A stretch of DNA of 48,398 nucleotides from Desulfatiglandaceae bacterium (GTDB lineage Bacteria; Desulfobacterota; DSM-4660; Desulfatiglandales; Desulfatiglandaceae), in NCBI GenBank assembly GCA_046496815.1, contig JAWOGN010000320.1:1-48398 (forward strand), in the 5' to 3' direction. Below the pieces are notes generated by a model, which saw nothing but the letters and a program-made list of their open reading frames with translations, was not told where the DNA came from and ran no database searches. The position numbers and the translations under genes are program-made. Within the stretch, counting starts at the first letter, position 1, and every line of letters starts with the position of its first letter. Of the stretch, positions 1-9,561 are shown piece by piece.

Positions 1-216
1 ATTTTGGGTACGCGGTGGCACCCTCGGAAGCAAAAAAACCGGCGTCATTTCCGCTTCCTTTATTCTTGAGTGTCTGAACAAAAACCAAATTTTTTCCCGA
101 GATCAAGGAGAACAAAAAACATAACCCAAGCAAAACATGTGGGATTTCGAGGATTTATAATTTGAGCCTGACCTCCCGGTATTAGCGGAAGAAAAAACAA
201 CATTTTCGATCGATCC

Positions 217-1122
217 CTAGTTAAGGGTCTTCAGCTTTGTATTTGCGATCTTCGCTTCGCTCGAGTTTGGATACTCTTTGATGATTTTTTTCAGGAGGAG
301 TCTTGAACTGATTTTGTCCTTTATCTCATAAAAGGCACCCGCTTGTCTCAGCATTGCATTGGGAACTTTGTTCCCTTTCGGGTATTTCTTTATCACTTCC
401 TGATAGGCCAGAATCGCCTGTTCATACTGTTCCAATCCCATGTAACACTCCCCGATCCAGAACTGAGCATTATCCGCAAGGTCCGACTGTGGGTACGCCT
501 CAATAAAACGTTTGAAGCCTAACAGCGCCTGATCATATTCGGCCTTGTTAAATGTGGCCAGCGTCGTCCCATACAGCTGCTCCTCAGAAGAGACGGGCTC
601 TTTTTCCGCGGTTACGACCGGAGGCGGAGGCTGCTCCGGGGCCTTTTTGGCATCCGGAGGTGTCTTTTTGACGTAGGGTTTCTCCAAATCGCCGGTGGCT
701 TTAAGACCGAGATAGCCCTGAACCTGTTTTATTTGTATTTCCAGCTGGCTCAGTCGACCGGTGATTTCAGATACACGATCCCTGAGCGTATCCTCTCCCG
801 TCGTGTCTCGTTCAACCGTGTGTTTAATCAGGCGATGGTTGTCATCCACACGACCCGTGAGTCCTTGCAGTTCTTCCTTGATTCTATCAATATCGGCGCC
901 CAATTCAGCCTGGTTACTGCGGATTGAATTCAATTTCGAATCCAGCTCGGTAGAAAGCTTTGTGCCCATGGATTCTTCGATTTTGTTAACTCGAGAGCTG
1001 AGCGCGACAACTTGGTCGTTCATGTACAACATATCCTGCTGAGAGGTAACACAGGCGGAAAGAAGAAAAAGGGAGATCCAGCCTCCAAGAAAAAGACTTC
1101 TTAAGCTAAAAACCTGTCTCAT
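217..1122 (-). CDS. cpoB: Tol-Pal system protein YbgF/CpoB (coiled-coil plus TPR)
   Basis: ORF 217..1197, trimmed to ATG 1122 (MRQVFSLRSLFLGGWISLFLLSAC, signal/lipobox-like). Central coiled-coil. C-terminal TPR-like repeats (YDQALLGFKRFIEAYPQS, AQFWIGECY, YEQAILAYQEVIKKYP). Last gene of the tol-pal cluster. Confidence 0.8.
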   Translation of the reverse strand: MRQVFSLRSLFLGGWISLFLLSACVTSQQDMLYMNDQVVALSSRVNKIEESMGTKLSTELDSKLNSIRSNQAELGADIDRIKEELQGLTGRVDDNHRLIKHTVERDTTGEDTLRDRVSEITGRLSQLEIQIKQVQGYLGLKATGDLEKPYVKKTPPDAKKAPEQPPPPVVTAEKEPVSSEEQLYGTTLATFNKAEYDQALLGFKRFIEAYPQSDLADNAQFWIGECYMGLEQYEQAILAYQEVIKKYPKGNKVPNAMLRQAGAFYEIKDKISSRLLLKKIIKEYPNSSEAKIANTKLKTLN

Positions 1123-1240
1123 GTTGAATTCACTTCTGAGGGGATTCGGGGAGCCGACCCGAAGATCGGGACGGCCCCGCTGTGTTTGAAAAAACATCGA
1201 GCAAAAGAGCCAAGCGGGATTGAACCCATCGATTCAATTT

Positions 1241-1846
1241 TTATTGGATCAACTTAAATTCATCCCGTCTGTTCTTTGCCCATGCCTCCCGGTTACTTCT
1301 CGGATCAGCAGGCCTTTCCTCGCCGTAGCTGATGGTTGAGATACGATCATCGGAGATTCCCAACGCCGTGAGGAATTTTTTTGCAGCATGGGCTCTCCTC
1401 TCACCCAAGGCAAGATTGTATTCGTTTGTACCTCTTTCGTCGCAATGGCCTTCAATGCGAAGTGCATACGAGGGGTTCATGCGGAGCCAATCCGCCTTGT
1501 TTCGCAAGGTCGCTTGAGCTTCGGGCTTCAAATCCGCCTTATCGAAATCAAAGTAAACGCTCTCGGATTCAAACATCCGGATTTCATCGGCAACCTTCTG
1601 AGTTTGCTTCAGTTCTCGGAGCCTGGCCTGTCTTTCAGCCTCGGCTTTTGCTTCCGCCTCAGCGCGTTTCCTGGCTTCTTCCTCGGCCTTTGCCTTGGCA
1701 TCCTCTTCCTCAGTCTGCATTTCTTGAGTAGTCGGTTGAACCGGCTCAGAAACCTGGACCTGCTTCTTTGCACAGGATACCATGAAGAAGAATGAGGAAC
1801 TGATAAAAGTTAAGGCAATCACGGCAGTCATCATTCTTTGTCTCAT
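1241..1846 (-). CDS. pal: Peptidoglycan-associated lipoprotein Pal (OmpA-like C-terminal domain)
   Basis: ORF 1241..1897, trimmed to ATG 1846 with GGAGG upstream. Lipobox FMVSC. Ala/Glu/Lys-rich linker. OmpA-family motifs YFDFDKADL and GHCDERGTNEYNLALGERRA. Confidence 0.9.
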   Translation of the reverse strand: MRQRMMTAVIALTFISSSFFFMVSCAKKQVQVSEPVQPTTQEMQTEEEDAKAKAEEEARKRAEAEAKAEAERQARLRELKQTQKVADEIRMFESESVYFDFDKADLKPEAQATLRNKADWLRMNPSYALRIEGHCDERGTNEYNLALGERRAHAAKKFLTALGISDDRISTISYGEERPADPRSNREAWAKNRRDEFKLIQ

Positions 1847-2091
1847 ACGCTTTACCTCCTGAAATTTTGGATTAGTGCCAAAAAAATGGATACTCAAATC
1901 TTAACAAACATTTTCAAAACAAATTCATGACTCAGCAAGTAAATGCTATTTACCCCCAAATGGCCATCCATTGCAAGAGAAAACGTGCCTCACACCAAAA
2001 TTATTTGGCCTGTCAACCCACCTGTCGACCGGTGTCCCACCCAACATCGTTTTTTCCCCCGATTTCTGCCGTGGACGCGAATTATAATCGG

Positions 2092-2142
2092 CGTATCACT
2101 TTAGCGCTTTGAAAATTCCCAACATTGGAAAAAGGGGCCGTT
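2092..2142 (+). repeat. Solo end of the dispersed repeat family (box A followed by GGGGCCGTT)
   Basis: cgtatcactttagcgctttgaaa at 2092-2114, then ggggccgtt at 2134-2142. This matches the termini of the complete element at 47522-47820 (cgtatcaatttagatttttgaaa ... ggggccgtt). Confidence 0.6.
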
Positions 2143-2397
2143 TCAAAACACTCTGGCCTTGAAGCGGATCATGGTATCGCACTTTCTTCGTCTGAAAATC
2201 AATCATCCGTTCTGCAGATTATGTGCCAACATCTCTCTCAAGAAGCGGCTTGATACCGCAAGGCTACGCAATATGCTGCAGAAGCGAATTGCACTGCACA
2301 GAATGTTCGTGCCCGTCTCTGACGGTTCGTCTTGTGTAAACCAATATGGAATTCACTCCTTGTGTTCGAGCCTGATGGAAAATCCGAATTTTTTCCT

Positions 2398-2461
2398 CGT
2401 ATCAATTTGGCGCTTTGAAATGGGGGATGGGGGCCGGGGGGTCAAAACGCTAAATTGATAG
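2398..2461. repeat. Mini-hairpin copy of the repeat family (box A, G-rich loop, inverted box A)
   Basis: cgtatcaatttggcgctttgaaa (2398-2420) and tcaaaacgctaaattgata (2442-2460) are inverted copies, 17 of 19 complementary. They flank tgggggatgggggccgggggg. Confidence 0.65.
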
Positions 2462-2544
2462 CTTTTTCTACGTTTAATTTAAACCCACGAAAGGACTCGC
2501 AGCTTCGAAATCCGGCAAATGGATTCTATAGATTGTTCTAAGGA

Positions 2545-3882
2545 CTAAGGCCCCCAGGACGGTGAGGTCTGATCCCCGTCCAAAAAGGTGATTTGCCGCT
2601 GATTCAGACCATTGGCATTCATCATATACAAATGATAACGACCTGTTCTGTTTGAACTGAACATGATGTATCTTCCATCCGGCGACCAGCAGGGGTCTTC
2701 ATTCTTACCTTGTTCCCGCGTTAGCCTTCTCATACGGCCCCCGGTAGGATCAATCGTATAGATGTCGAAATTCCCGGCGTCCTGAGACACAAAGGCAATC
2801 CGATTGAGGGAGGACCAGGCAGGCGAGGTATTGTAGTTGCCTTCGAAAGTCAGCCGCTCTTCGCTTCCGTTGACCAGGTCCAGGAGATAAATCTGCGGGG
2901 AACCGGAACGGTTTGATACAAAAGCAATTTTGTTACCGTCCGGAGAAAATGCAGGGGAGACATCAATTCCCCAATGGGTTGTGAGTTGCTTGATGATTTT
3001 TCCGTTCAGGTCGATGGTGAAGATATCCGGATTCCCTTGCCGGCTGAGGGTTAGGGCCAGTTTCCGGCCATCCGGGGCCCAGCATGCGCCGATATTCAAT
3101 CCCGATCTGGCTGAAATCCGTTTGACGGAACCCGACCCGATGTCTTTCAAATACAACATGGTCCCCCCATCTTTATAGGAATTGTACGTGATCTTGTCAC
3201 CTTGAGGAGACCATCTCGGCAACAGCGCAATACTTTTATCTCGAGTAACTCGCCGGGCATTGTGCCCATCATAGTCGCATGCATAGACTTCCTTTTGCCC
3301 GGTCGCATTTCCGACAAACGCCAGTTTCGTGAGAAAGATGCCCGGTTGCCCCGTGAGCACGCGGATGATTTCATTACCGAGCCGATGCATCACTTGACGG
3401 TATTCTCCAACATCGCCCAACGCACGTTTCCCCAGAAGTTGTCGCCCCCAAAATACATCGTACAGCCGGGCTTCCACTTCCAAATTGCTACCGACCGTCG
3501 TGTAACTGCCCGTCAAAAGAAGTTCCGCACCGATTACAGACCAGTCCTTGAAACGGATACTTTGCTGGGTTTGCAGCGAAGTGTTGTCCTCCAAAAAAGC
3601 TTCCTTGTCCATGGGTGTAAAATAACCGCTGGCATCGAGATCGTTGGCGATAACTGCCGGGAGATCGGTAACCAGGTCTGAATTCTCATTATTACCGCCC
3701 AAATTCTTGAAGTCCGGAATGGCAATGTTGAATTTCCGTAGCGAAGGGGCATTGATGTCAATATAAATTTTTCCGAGACAGTGTATCGGAGATGCAAGCA
3801 GTATGAGTAGCAAAATCCCCGCACAACACACTGGAAAACTGCGGGTCTTCATAAAAGGAGCACGGTTTGGATTTGAACACAT
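2545..3882 (-). CDS. tolB: Tol-Pal system beta-propeller protein TolB
   Basis: ORF 2545..3945. Start placed at ATG 3882, which has GGAGG 11 nt upstream; ATG 3852 is the alternative. Signal peptide present. Repeated propeller motifs WSPQGDKI, WAPDGRKLA, FSPDGNKIAF, WSPDGRYIMF. Confidence 0.9.
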   Translation of the reverse strand: MCSNPNRAPFMKTRSFPVCCAGILLLILLASPIHCLGKIYIDINAPSLRKFNIAIPDFKNLGGNNENSDLVTDLPAVIANDLDASGYFTPMDKEAFLEDNTSLQTQQSIRFKDWSVIGAELLLTGSYTTVGSNLEVEARLYDVFWGRQLLGKRALGDVGEYRQVMHRLGNEIIRVLTGQPGIFLTKLAFVGNATGQKEVYACDYDGHNARRVTRDKSIALLPRWSPQGDKITYNSYKDGGTMLYLKDIGSGSVKRISARSGLNIGACWAPDGRKLALTLSRQGNPDIFTIDLNGKIIKQLTTHWGIDVSPAFSPDGNKIAFVSNRSGSPQIYLLDLVNGSEERLTFEGNYNTSPAWSSLNRIAFVSQDAGNFDIYTIDPTGGRMRRLTREQGKNEDPCWSPDGRYIMFSSNRTGRYHLYMMNANGLNQRQITFLDGDQTSPSWGP

Positions 3883-3904
3883 GAAACGAAGAACCTCCGG
3901 AATT

Positions 3905-4804
3905 CTACTCTTGTTCAAGCTCGTTGAGATTAAAAGTGATTTCAAATTCTTCCTGGGTCACACGGTAACCGGGGGGAAACGGGGGGAGGGGATCTGACTG
4001 CTCAATGGCTTTCAGAACGGATTGATTAAACATGGCGTTGGAAGATCTCTTTGTAAAAGATGATTTCAGTATCGTGCCGTCGCTCTTTGCCCTTACCACG
4101 ACAACAGCTTCAAGATCCTCTTTGCTCCGGGGGTTGATGAGCGCAACCGGGTAAGCCCATTTGCCCTTAATCCAGTCTTCCACTTCACTCCTGTATATAT
4201 CGATGGCCATTCCCGTCACGGATGAGCCTGTCGCAAACCCTTTTCCGGATGCCCCTTTGCTTTGCGTTTCGAGTCTTGAAATCGCATCCCCCAAATGATC
4301 TTTTTCTTCTGACCGAACCTTCTTTTCGAGCTGGGCCAAGGCCTGGTCAATCCGCCGGGCAGTATCTTGCTCGCTTGCTTCCACTTTGTTTTTGATGTTG
4401 GCCACGGCTTTGTCCAGCAGCTTGGCGGGAGGCACTTTCGGCTTTTCCGTCTTCTTTTTTTGTGTGGTTACCGTCCGTTTTGCAATGACAACCGGCTTGT
4501 CTTCCTGTTTTGGCACACTGATTCGTTTTGCGGGCCGGGTCTCCTCTGTAATCGGTCGTGTCTTGCCGGGATCTGCCTTGGGACTTCCCTTAACTTTCAT
4601 GGGTTCCCTGTTTGGCAACTCCACTAAATCGACTTCGTATACCGCGCCTCTGATCCGGCGGGTCGGCAGGGAGTCCGGAACAAACAATACCAAGGAAAAC
4701 ACCGAGAGGTGAAATAAAAGGGACAAAACAAGCATTGTGTTCCATTTCGGTTCCATCGGTTTAACCGGGCTGAATTGTATCCATGCGGCATCCACGGGCA
4801 TCAT
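3905..4804 (-). CDS. tolA: TolA / TonB-family energy transducer
   Basis: N-terminal TM helix (WNTMLVLSLLFHLSVFSLVLFV), Lys/Pro/Glu-rich spacer, C-terminal TonB/TolA-type domain. Position between tolR and tolB. The start overlaps the tolR stop (ATGATGA); ATG 4756 is the alternative start. Confidence 0.7.
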   Translation of the reverse strand: MMPVDAAWIQFSPVKPMEPKWNTMLVLSLLFHLSVFSLVLFVPDSLPTRRIRGAVYEVDLVELPNREPMKVKGSPKADPGKTRPITEETRPAKRISVPKQEDKPVVIAKRTVTTQKKKTEKPKVPPAKLLDKAVANIKNKVEASEQDTARRIDQALAQLEKKVRSEEKDHLGDAISRLETQSKGASGKGFATGSSVTGMAIDIYRSEVEDWIKGKWAYPVALINPRSKEDLEAVVVVRAKSDGTILKSSFTKRSSNAMFNQSVLKAIEQSDPLPPFPPGYRVTQEEFEITFNLNELEQE

Positions 4805-5229
4805 TCCAACGGCTCAGTGGCCATACCCAGTTTGTCAATGCCCGCCCTTTTAATACTCGCGATTACCTCTATGACAAATCCATAGGAAACGTCCTTGTCC
4901 GCTCGCAGCAGTATTTCCTTATTTCTTCGGTTTTCAAAGATTTTCTGGATTTTCGGTTCGAGGCTATCGAGTTTAATACGTTGCCTCTCTATAAAAATCT
5001 CCTCTTTCTTGTTGACTGTCAGCATCAAAGGTTCGTCCTGGGTCTTGATGTTCCTGGTGGTCGTCTTTGGCAGATTAACCTCCACACCCTGCATCATCAT
5101 CGGAGCAGTAACCATAAATATAATGAGTAGCACCAACATCACGTCCACAAGCGGTGTGACGTTGATGTCCGACATAAAACCTCTGTGATTGCCTCTTTGG
5201 TTCATAGCCATTTTGCTTTTATCCTGCAC
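4801..5229 (-). CDS. tolR: Biopolymer transport protein TolR (ExbD family)
   Basis: ExbD/TolR signature INVTPLVDVMLVLLIIFMV. Size and position after tolQ fit. Confidence 0.85.
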   Translation of the reverse strand: MQDKSKMAMNQRGNHRGFMSDINVTPLVDVMLVLLIIFMVTAPMMMQGVEVNLPKTTTRNIKTQDEPLMLTVNKKEEIFIERQRIKLDSLEPKIQKIFENRRNKEILLRADKDVSYGFVIEVIASIKRAGIDKLGMATEPLE

Positions 5230-5369
5230 CGACCTTTCTGATTATCGTCCGCTCCGCCGGATCCTCAAGACTCACAAACAGCCGGGCACTTCAATCCTGA
5301 ATGCCTGGGATTCTCCTGTCACCATCCATATTTTCTTACCCGCCAATTGAATCTAAAAACCGATTTTTC

Positions 5370-6167
5370 TCACACGCGTGGTTTGCTTACGACGTGCTGC
5401 TTGAAAAACTGCCTTTCCACTGTACTCAAGAAATCGGACGTAAAAATATCCATTTCTGCGTTGAGCGCCGTAATCTTATGGGTAAAGTAGTTAAAGGCCA
5501 CGACAGCGGGGATTGCGGCGCCTAAACCTGCGGCCGTTGCAATAAGGGCTTCTGATATCCCCGGGGCAACTACGGCAAGGTTGGCTGAACCTTTGAGTCC
5601 AATACCCCTGAAGGATTGCATGATCCCCCATACCGTGCCGAATAGGCCGATAAAAGGGGCTGTATTGCCCGTAGTTGCCAAGAAACTCACTGCTCGCTCC
5701 AATCGGTTCGTCTGATCAATACTCGCCTTTCTCAAGGAACGCTCCAGATTGTCCATGATGGCCTGCTGTGAACGCGTGTGCTCTTCTCCAAGGGGAAGTT
5801 GCAAGCTGTCTTGCATATCTCCGGATGACTGAATTTTTCGAAGACGACTGAATTCTCCATAGCCTGCTTTGAAAAGACGGGCGACCGGGCTGAATCTTAA
5901 ATCGTCGCATGCAGCATAAATGCGCTTCAAGTCTCGCCTTTCCCAGAAAAGCTCCATAAAGCTTTCAGTTTCATTTTTCGCGTTTCGGAGCAATCTGAAT
6001 TTCACGAAAATGATGGCCCAGGAGATCACAGAGAGCAGGAGAAGAAGGAGCAAAACACATTTGACCATAAGCCCGGCATGGATCATCATCTGAATGATAT
6101 CATTGCCGACCGCTGTTTCCAGTGAAATACCGGTGGACATTTGCGCAATGGATGGAATGGTTAACAT
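5370..6167 (-). CDS. tolQ: Proton channel protein TolQ (MotA/TolQ/ExbB family)
   Basis: Three predicted TM segments. Conserved C-terminal block TGNTAPFIGLFGTVWGIMQSF ... APGISEALIATAAGL. Confidence 0.9.
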   Translation of the reverse strand: MLTIPSIAQMSTGISLETAVGNDIIQMMIHAGLMVKCVLLLLLLLSVISWAIIFVKFRLLRNAKNETESFMELFWERRDLKRIYAACDDLRFSPVARLFKAGYGEFSRLRKIQSSGDMQDSLQLPLGEEHTRSQQAIMDNLERSLRKASIDQTNRLERAVSFLATTGNTAPFIGLFGTVWGIMQSFRGIGLKGSANLAVVAPGISEALIATAAGLGAAIPAVVAFNYFTHKITALNAEMDIFTSDFLSTVERQFFKQHVVSKPRV

Positions 6168-6212
6168 CTTAGCCTCGTTGATAGTTCATGTATCCTATGA
6201 CATCGTATTGAA

Positions 6213-6476
6213 TCAGGCGCTTAGCGATACCGTATACCTGATCGGAACAAAGTTCTCAACAAAATCTTCAACCCGCTTTCCGGACTTCCCATGTTTTTCC
6301 TCTGCACCTCTATCACTGCAATCCCATGCTTTCAAGAATAATCTGGAGTAAAGCAAAACCACAACGGATATATGTCCATTTGGGAAAGCCCGACGATCGG
6401 CTGCCATGGCAAAAACCGGAAAGGATATTTTGGGAATGAAAGGCCGTTTGGGTGAGACGGTCACAACCGTCACCAT
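6213..6476 (-). CDS. Possible YbgC-like 4HBT acyl-CoA thioesterase, short or truncated
   Basis: 87-aa ORF in the syntenic position of ybgC, immediately upstream of tolQ. Weak N-terminal resemblance to the hotdog thioesterase pattern (D-x-x-x-x-x-N-G-H-I in AADRRAFPNGHIS). About 50 aa shorter than the usual length. Confidence 0.3.
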   Translation of the reverse strand: MVTVVTVSPKRPFIPKISFPVFAMAADRRAFPNGHISVVVLLYSRLFLKAWDCSDRGAEEKHGKSGKRVEDFVENFVPIRYTVSLSA

Positions 6477-6490
6477 CTCAATACTTCTTT

Positions 6491-7042
6491 TCAGGACGCA
6501 GCTTCAAGATGTCTTTTCGATTGAGCTGAAACACGGTTGAAATGATCGATGACAAGAGCGGCCAGGCCCTCAATATCACGCATTGAGAATTGGGGGACAT
6601 CCAGATCAACGGTTGTGTCACTTACCAGCGCGAACAAATGTGCATCTTCCTTACAGAGTGGCATTTCATTAACCTCCGGCCTGAAAATCTCTATTTTAGG
6701 GTTTTGGCCGCGTTTATACCCTTCGGTCAAAATGATGTCAACATTCCCTAGAAATACCCTGAGTTCATCCGGACTATGATCATGGTCGACATTCATGATC
6801 AGGCCGATTCGGTTCGGCGATGAAATCATCGTCGCTGCCGCCCCCGCTTTCATATGTCGCCAGGTATCTTTGCCGGGCTTATCCATTTCGAAGCGGTGCA
6901 TATGATGCTTGACGGTCCCCACCTTGAGACCGCGCCGAGTAAGTTCAGGAATCAGTTTTTCTAACAAACTCGTTTTACCGACGCCGGATGTACCAACAAT
7001 GGAGATCACCGGTGGTATATTTTTTTCGTGTTGCATTCTCAT
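6491..7042 (-). CDS. mobB: Molybdopterin-guanine dinucleotide biosynthesis adapter MobB
   Basis: P-loop GTSGVGKTS followed by LIPELTRRGLKVGTVKHH, typical of MobB. About 180 aa. Confidence 0.85.
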   Translation of the reverse strand: MRMQHEKNIPPVISIVGTSGVGKTSLLEKLIPELTRRGLKVGTVKHHMHRFEMDKPGKDTWRHMKAGAAATMISSPNRIGLIMNVDHDHSPDELRVFLGNVDIILTEGYKRGQNPKIEIFRPEVNEMPLCKEDAHLFALVSDTTVDLDVPQFSMRDIEGLAALVIDHFNRVSAQSKRHLEAAS

Positions 7043-7171
7043 CCATCGCCTTCCTTTGAAACTGCGGCTTTTGGCTGCCGCCCTTGAATTTCATGCGTCT
7101 CACATGATCGAATGATTTCGCCACAACCCCGCGCCATCGCGCGGGTTTCCCCCGGTTGAATCAAGAAAGCT

Positions 7172-7528
7172 TCAGTAGTTCTCTTTCCCCGAAGGTCCGT
7201 TGCTAAATATTACATTGAAAACTCTATTATCTTCATCGAGGCATCTTTGCTTCAAAAGACTGTATTTTTCGAGGAGATCTCGACCTTCTTTCGTAAGGCG
7301 GGTGCCCTCTTTTCTGTCTGTGTGAACGATCCGACTTTTCAAATATTTTTCAGTTGCCTTGATTTTGCTCCAAGCGCCTTTGTAAGACATCTTCATTATC
7401 TTTGCTGTCTGATTTATGGATCCTGTCTTTTCTATGGTTTCCAATATTTGCTTACGCCCTTCCCCCATGATAATGCGGTCTTTCTCATCGACGATCCAGT
7501 GCCTCGACTTCAATTTAATGGATACCAT
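7172..7528 (-). CDS. ModE-like winged-helix regulator, N-terminal HTH domain only (no Mop/TOBE domain)
   Basis: ORF 7172..7594, trimmed to ATG 7528 (GGAGGGAGG upstream). ILETIEKTGSINQTAKIMKMSYKGAWSKI matches the ModE-type HTH pattern (GSI..AAK..G.SYK.AW). The start overlaps the upstream gene's stop by 14 nt. Confidence 0.7.
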   Translation of the reverse strand: MVSIKLKSRHWIVDEKDRIIMGEGRKQILETIEKTGSINQTAKIMKMSYKGAWSKIKATEKYLKSRIVHTDRKEGTRLTKEGRDLLEKYSLLKQRCLDEDNRVFNVIFSNGPSGKENY

Positions 7529-9470
7529 TTTCCCCTCCCTCCAGCGCCGTCCAGAGTTCACCACTTTTGGAAGGATCATACCCCCCCAGGGCATTCACTC
7601 TGTCGCGGAAGCTCGCGGATCGAATCGTCTCTAGGACAACCTGAATATTGGGTTGATCCACCATCGCGCTTGGAATGATCAGGTCATATTGCTCCCTCAC
7701 CACAGGAACGAAATCCAACTTCAACGCCTTGGCCGCCGCAAAGATGCCCATCCCGCAATCGGCGGCCCCACTGAGAACGTCGACAGCCACCGCCATATGG
7801 GTGAATTCTTCGTGGTCGTACCCTTTGATGGAATCGCGCGGAATGCCCGCTTCCGCCAGTTTGTAATCAAAAAGAACCCGCGTCCCCGACCCGGCTTGAC
7901 GATTCACAAAATGAGTGTCACTGTCGGCCAGGTCTTTTATTTCCTCAATCCCCTTTGGATTGCCCTTGGCAACGATGAGCCCTTGGTCCCTGAGGACGAG
8001 ATGAAACACATGCACGGGCATCCCTTTCAGGTATTTCCTAATATAGGAAAGATTGTATTGTCCCGTTTCCGGATCCAGAAGGTGTGAGCCTGCCATGTGA
8101 CACGTGCCTTTTTTCAGGGCGATCAAACCCCCGAGGCTGCCCACATTGCCGGAAGAAACTCGAATATTGTGGGCACCTCGCCCGATTTCATCTGCCAAAA
8201 TATCAATACTAATGTCGTGACTTCCAATGACCACAACCGTATTTAAAAGTGCTTCCTCTTCCACGAGAAGCTCCGCCTCAACTTCTTCGTTTTGTGACAC
8301 GCCTTCGGACAGTGCCGGGATCCGAACAATCCCCTCAGCCCTTGTCAGCGTAGAGATCGCGCCGGCGGCGCGGGGCAGCGGCGTGGCGATGTAACCCGGA
8401 CCCACTTTCCCGATATGAACCCTCAGGAACTCTTCAATTCCGAGCCTGGAAGGCACATCCCGAGAGAGCTTCACGGGAACGGTTTTGGGCTGAGGGACAT
8501 GCTGCCCTTGAAGACGATACAGCAAGGGTTTGACGAACTGTTCAAAGGAAAGCATGGAGGAAACGGCGTACCCCGGATTTCCCACCACAGGTTTTCCTTT
8601 CACCACACCCAAAATCGTGGGCTTTCCGGGCATCATCGCCACCCCATGCACCAGGACCGCTCCCATGGCTTCTATCATAGCAGCCGTATAGTCCTTGCTT
8701 CCCGCAGAGGATCCCGCGTTGATGATGACCAGATGGGCGTTGGACGCAATGGCCTTTTTCAAGGTCTCGTGGATCCTCGCTTCGATATCGGGAATGATGT
8801 CATATAGGATTGGTATCGCATTGCACTTGCGAATGAGCCCGGCCAGTACCATGGAATTGTATTCAATGATCTTATTTTGTTCCAGTGGTTCGTTCTCCTT
8901 GATATCCTTGTAATGAACGAGCTCGGAGCCCGTGGGGATAACCGCCACACGGGGTTTTTCCCGGACGTTGATAGAAAAAACGCCGGCACCCATGATTGCC
9001 CCGATATCGTAAGGGCGTATCTTATGATTTTGCGGCAGGAGCAACTGGGTCGCCACGATATCTTCTCCCACTTTCCGTACATGCTGCCACGGATAGGCGG
9101 ACGAACGGATTTCCAGATGGGTGTCATCCTTTTCGTGAATTTTCTCCGCCATGATGACGGCGTTGAATGACTCCGGAAGCGGTTGACCGGTATTGATCCA
9201 AAGGGCATCTTCGCCGATTTTCAGGGTCATGGGTTCCCTTTCAGTCGTTCCATAGGTCTGTTCGGCGCGAACGGCAATGCCGTCCATGGCCGCCGAATGA
9301 AAGGAAGGCGTGGATCGCTTTGCAAAGATGGGCTCTGCAGTGACCCGGTCCAACGCTTCTTCAGTCTTGATCGTTTCTACACCCGTCCGTTGATTGAAGG
9401 CGATTTGCGAAAAAAACAATGTCTTCGCCTCGTCGACGGATTTCATGGAAAGATAAATTTTCCTGTCCAT
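7515..9470 (-). CDS. MoeA-family molybdopterin molybdenum/tungsten transferase fused to a C-terminal periplasmic-binding-protein-like domain
   Basis: ORF 7515..9536, trimmed to ATG 9470 (GGAGGTG upstream). The N-terminal ~400 aa are MoeA-like (SAMDGIAV, IPTGSEL, IINAGSSAGSKDY, MMPGKPT). The C-terminal ~230 aa (VVIGSHDISIDILADE ... NRQAGSGTR ... AVAVDVLSGAADCGMG) resemble a type-2 PBP anion-binding fold. Confidence 0.8.
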   Translation of the reverse strand: MDRKIYLSMKSVDEAKTLFFSQIAFNQRTGVETIKTEEALDRVTAEPIFAKRSTPSFHSAAMDGIAVRAEQTYGTTEREPMTLKIGEDALWINTGQPLPESFNAVIMAEKIHEKDDTHLEIRSSAYPWQHVRKVGEDIVATQLLLPQNHKIRPYDIGAIMGAGVFSINVREKPRVAVIPTGSELVHYKDIKENEPLEQNKIIEYNSMVLAGLIRKCNAIPILYDIIPDIEARIHETLKKAIASNAHLVIINAGSSAGSKDYTAAMIEAMGAVLVHGVAMMPGKPTILGVVKGKPVVGNPGYAVSSMLSFEQFVKPLLYRLQGQHVPQPKTVPVKLSRDVPSRLGIEEFLRVHIGKVGPGYIATPLPRAAGAISTLTRAEGIVRIPALSEGVSQNEEVEAELLVEEEALLNTVVVIGSHDISIDILADEIGRGAHNIRVSSGNVGSLGGLIALKKGTCHMAGSHLLDPETGQYNLSYIRKYLKGMPVHVFHLVLRDQGLIVAKGNPKGIEEIKDLADSDTHFVNRQAGSGTRVLFDYKLAEAGIPRDSIKGYDHEEFTHMAVAVDVLSGAADCGMGIFAAAKALKLDFVPVVREQYDLIIPSAMVDQPNIQVVLETIRSASFRDRVNALGGYDPSKSGELWTALEGGENGIH

Positions 9471-9561
9471 TGCACCTCCATTCTTCTGAATTCCAACCTC
9501 GGGAAAAGCATGCAACAATTTGAAACAGGGCGACAAGGACCGTTGCAGGTGGCGATGTCTG

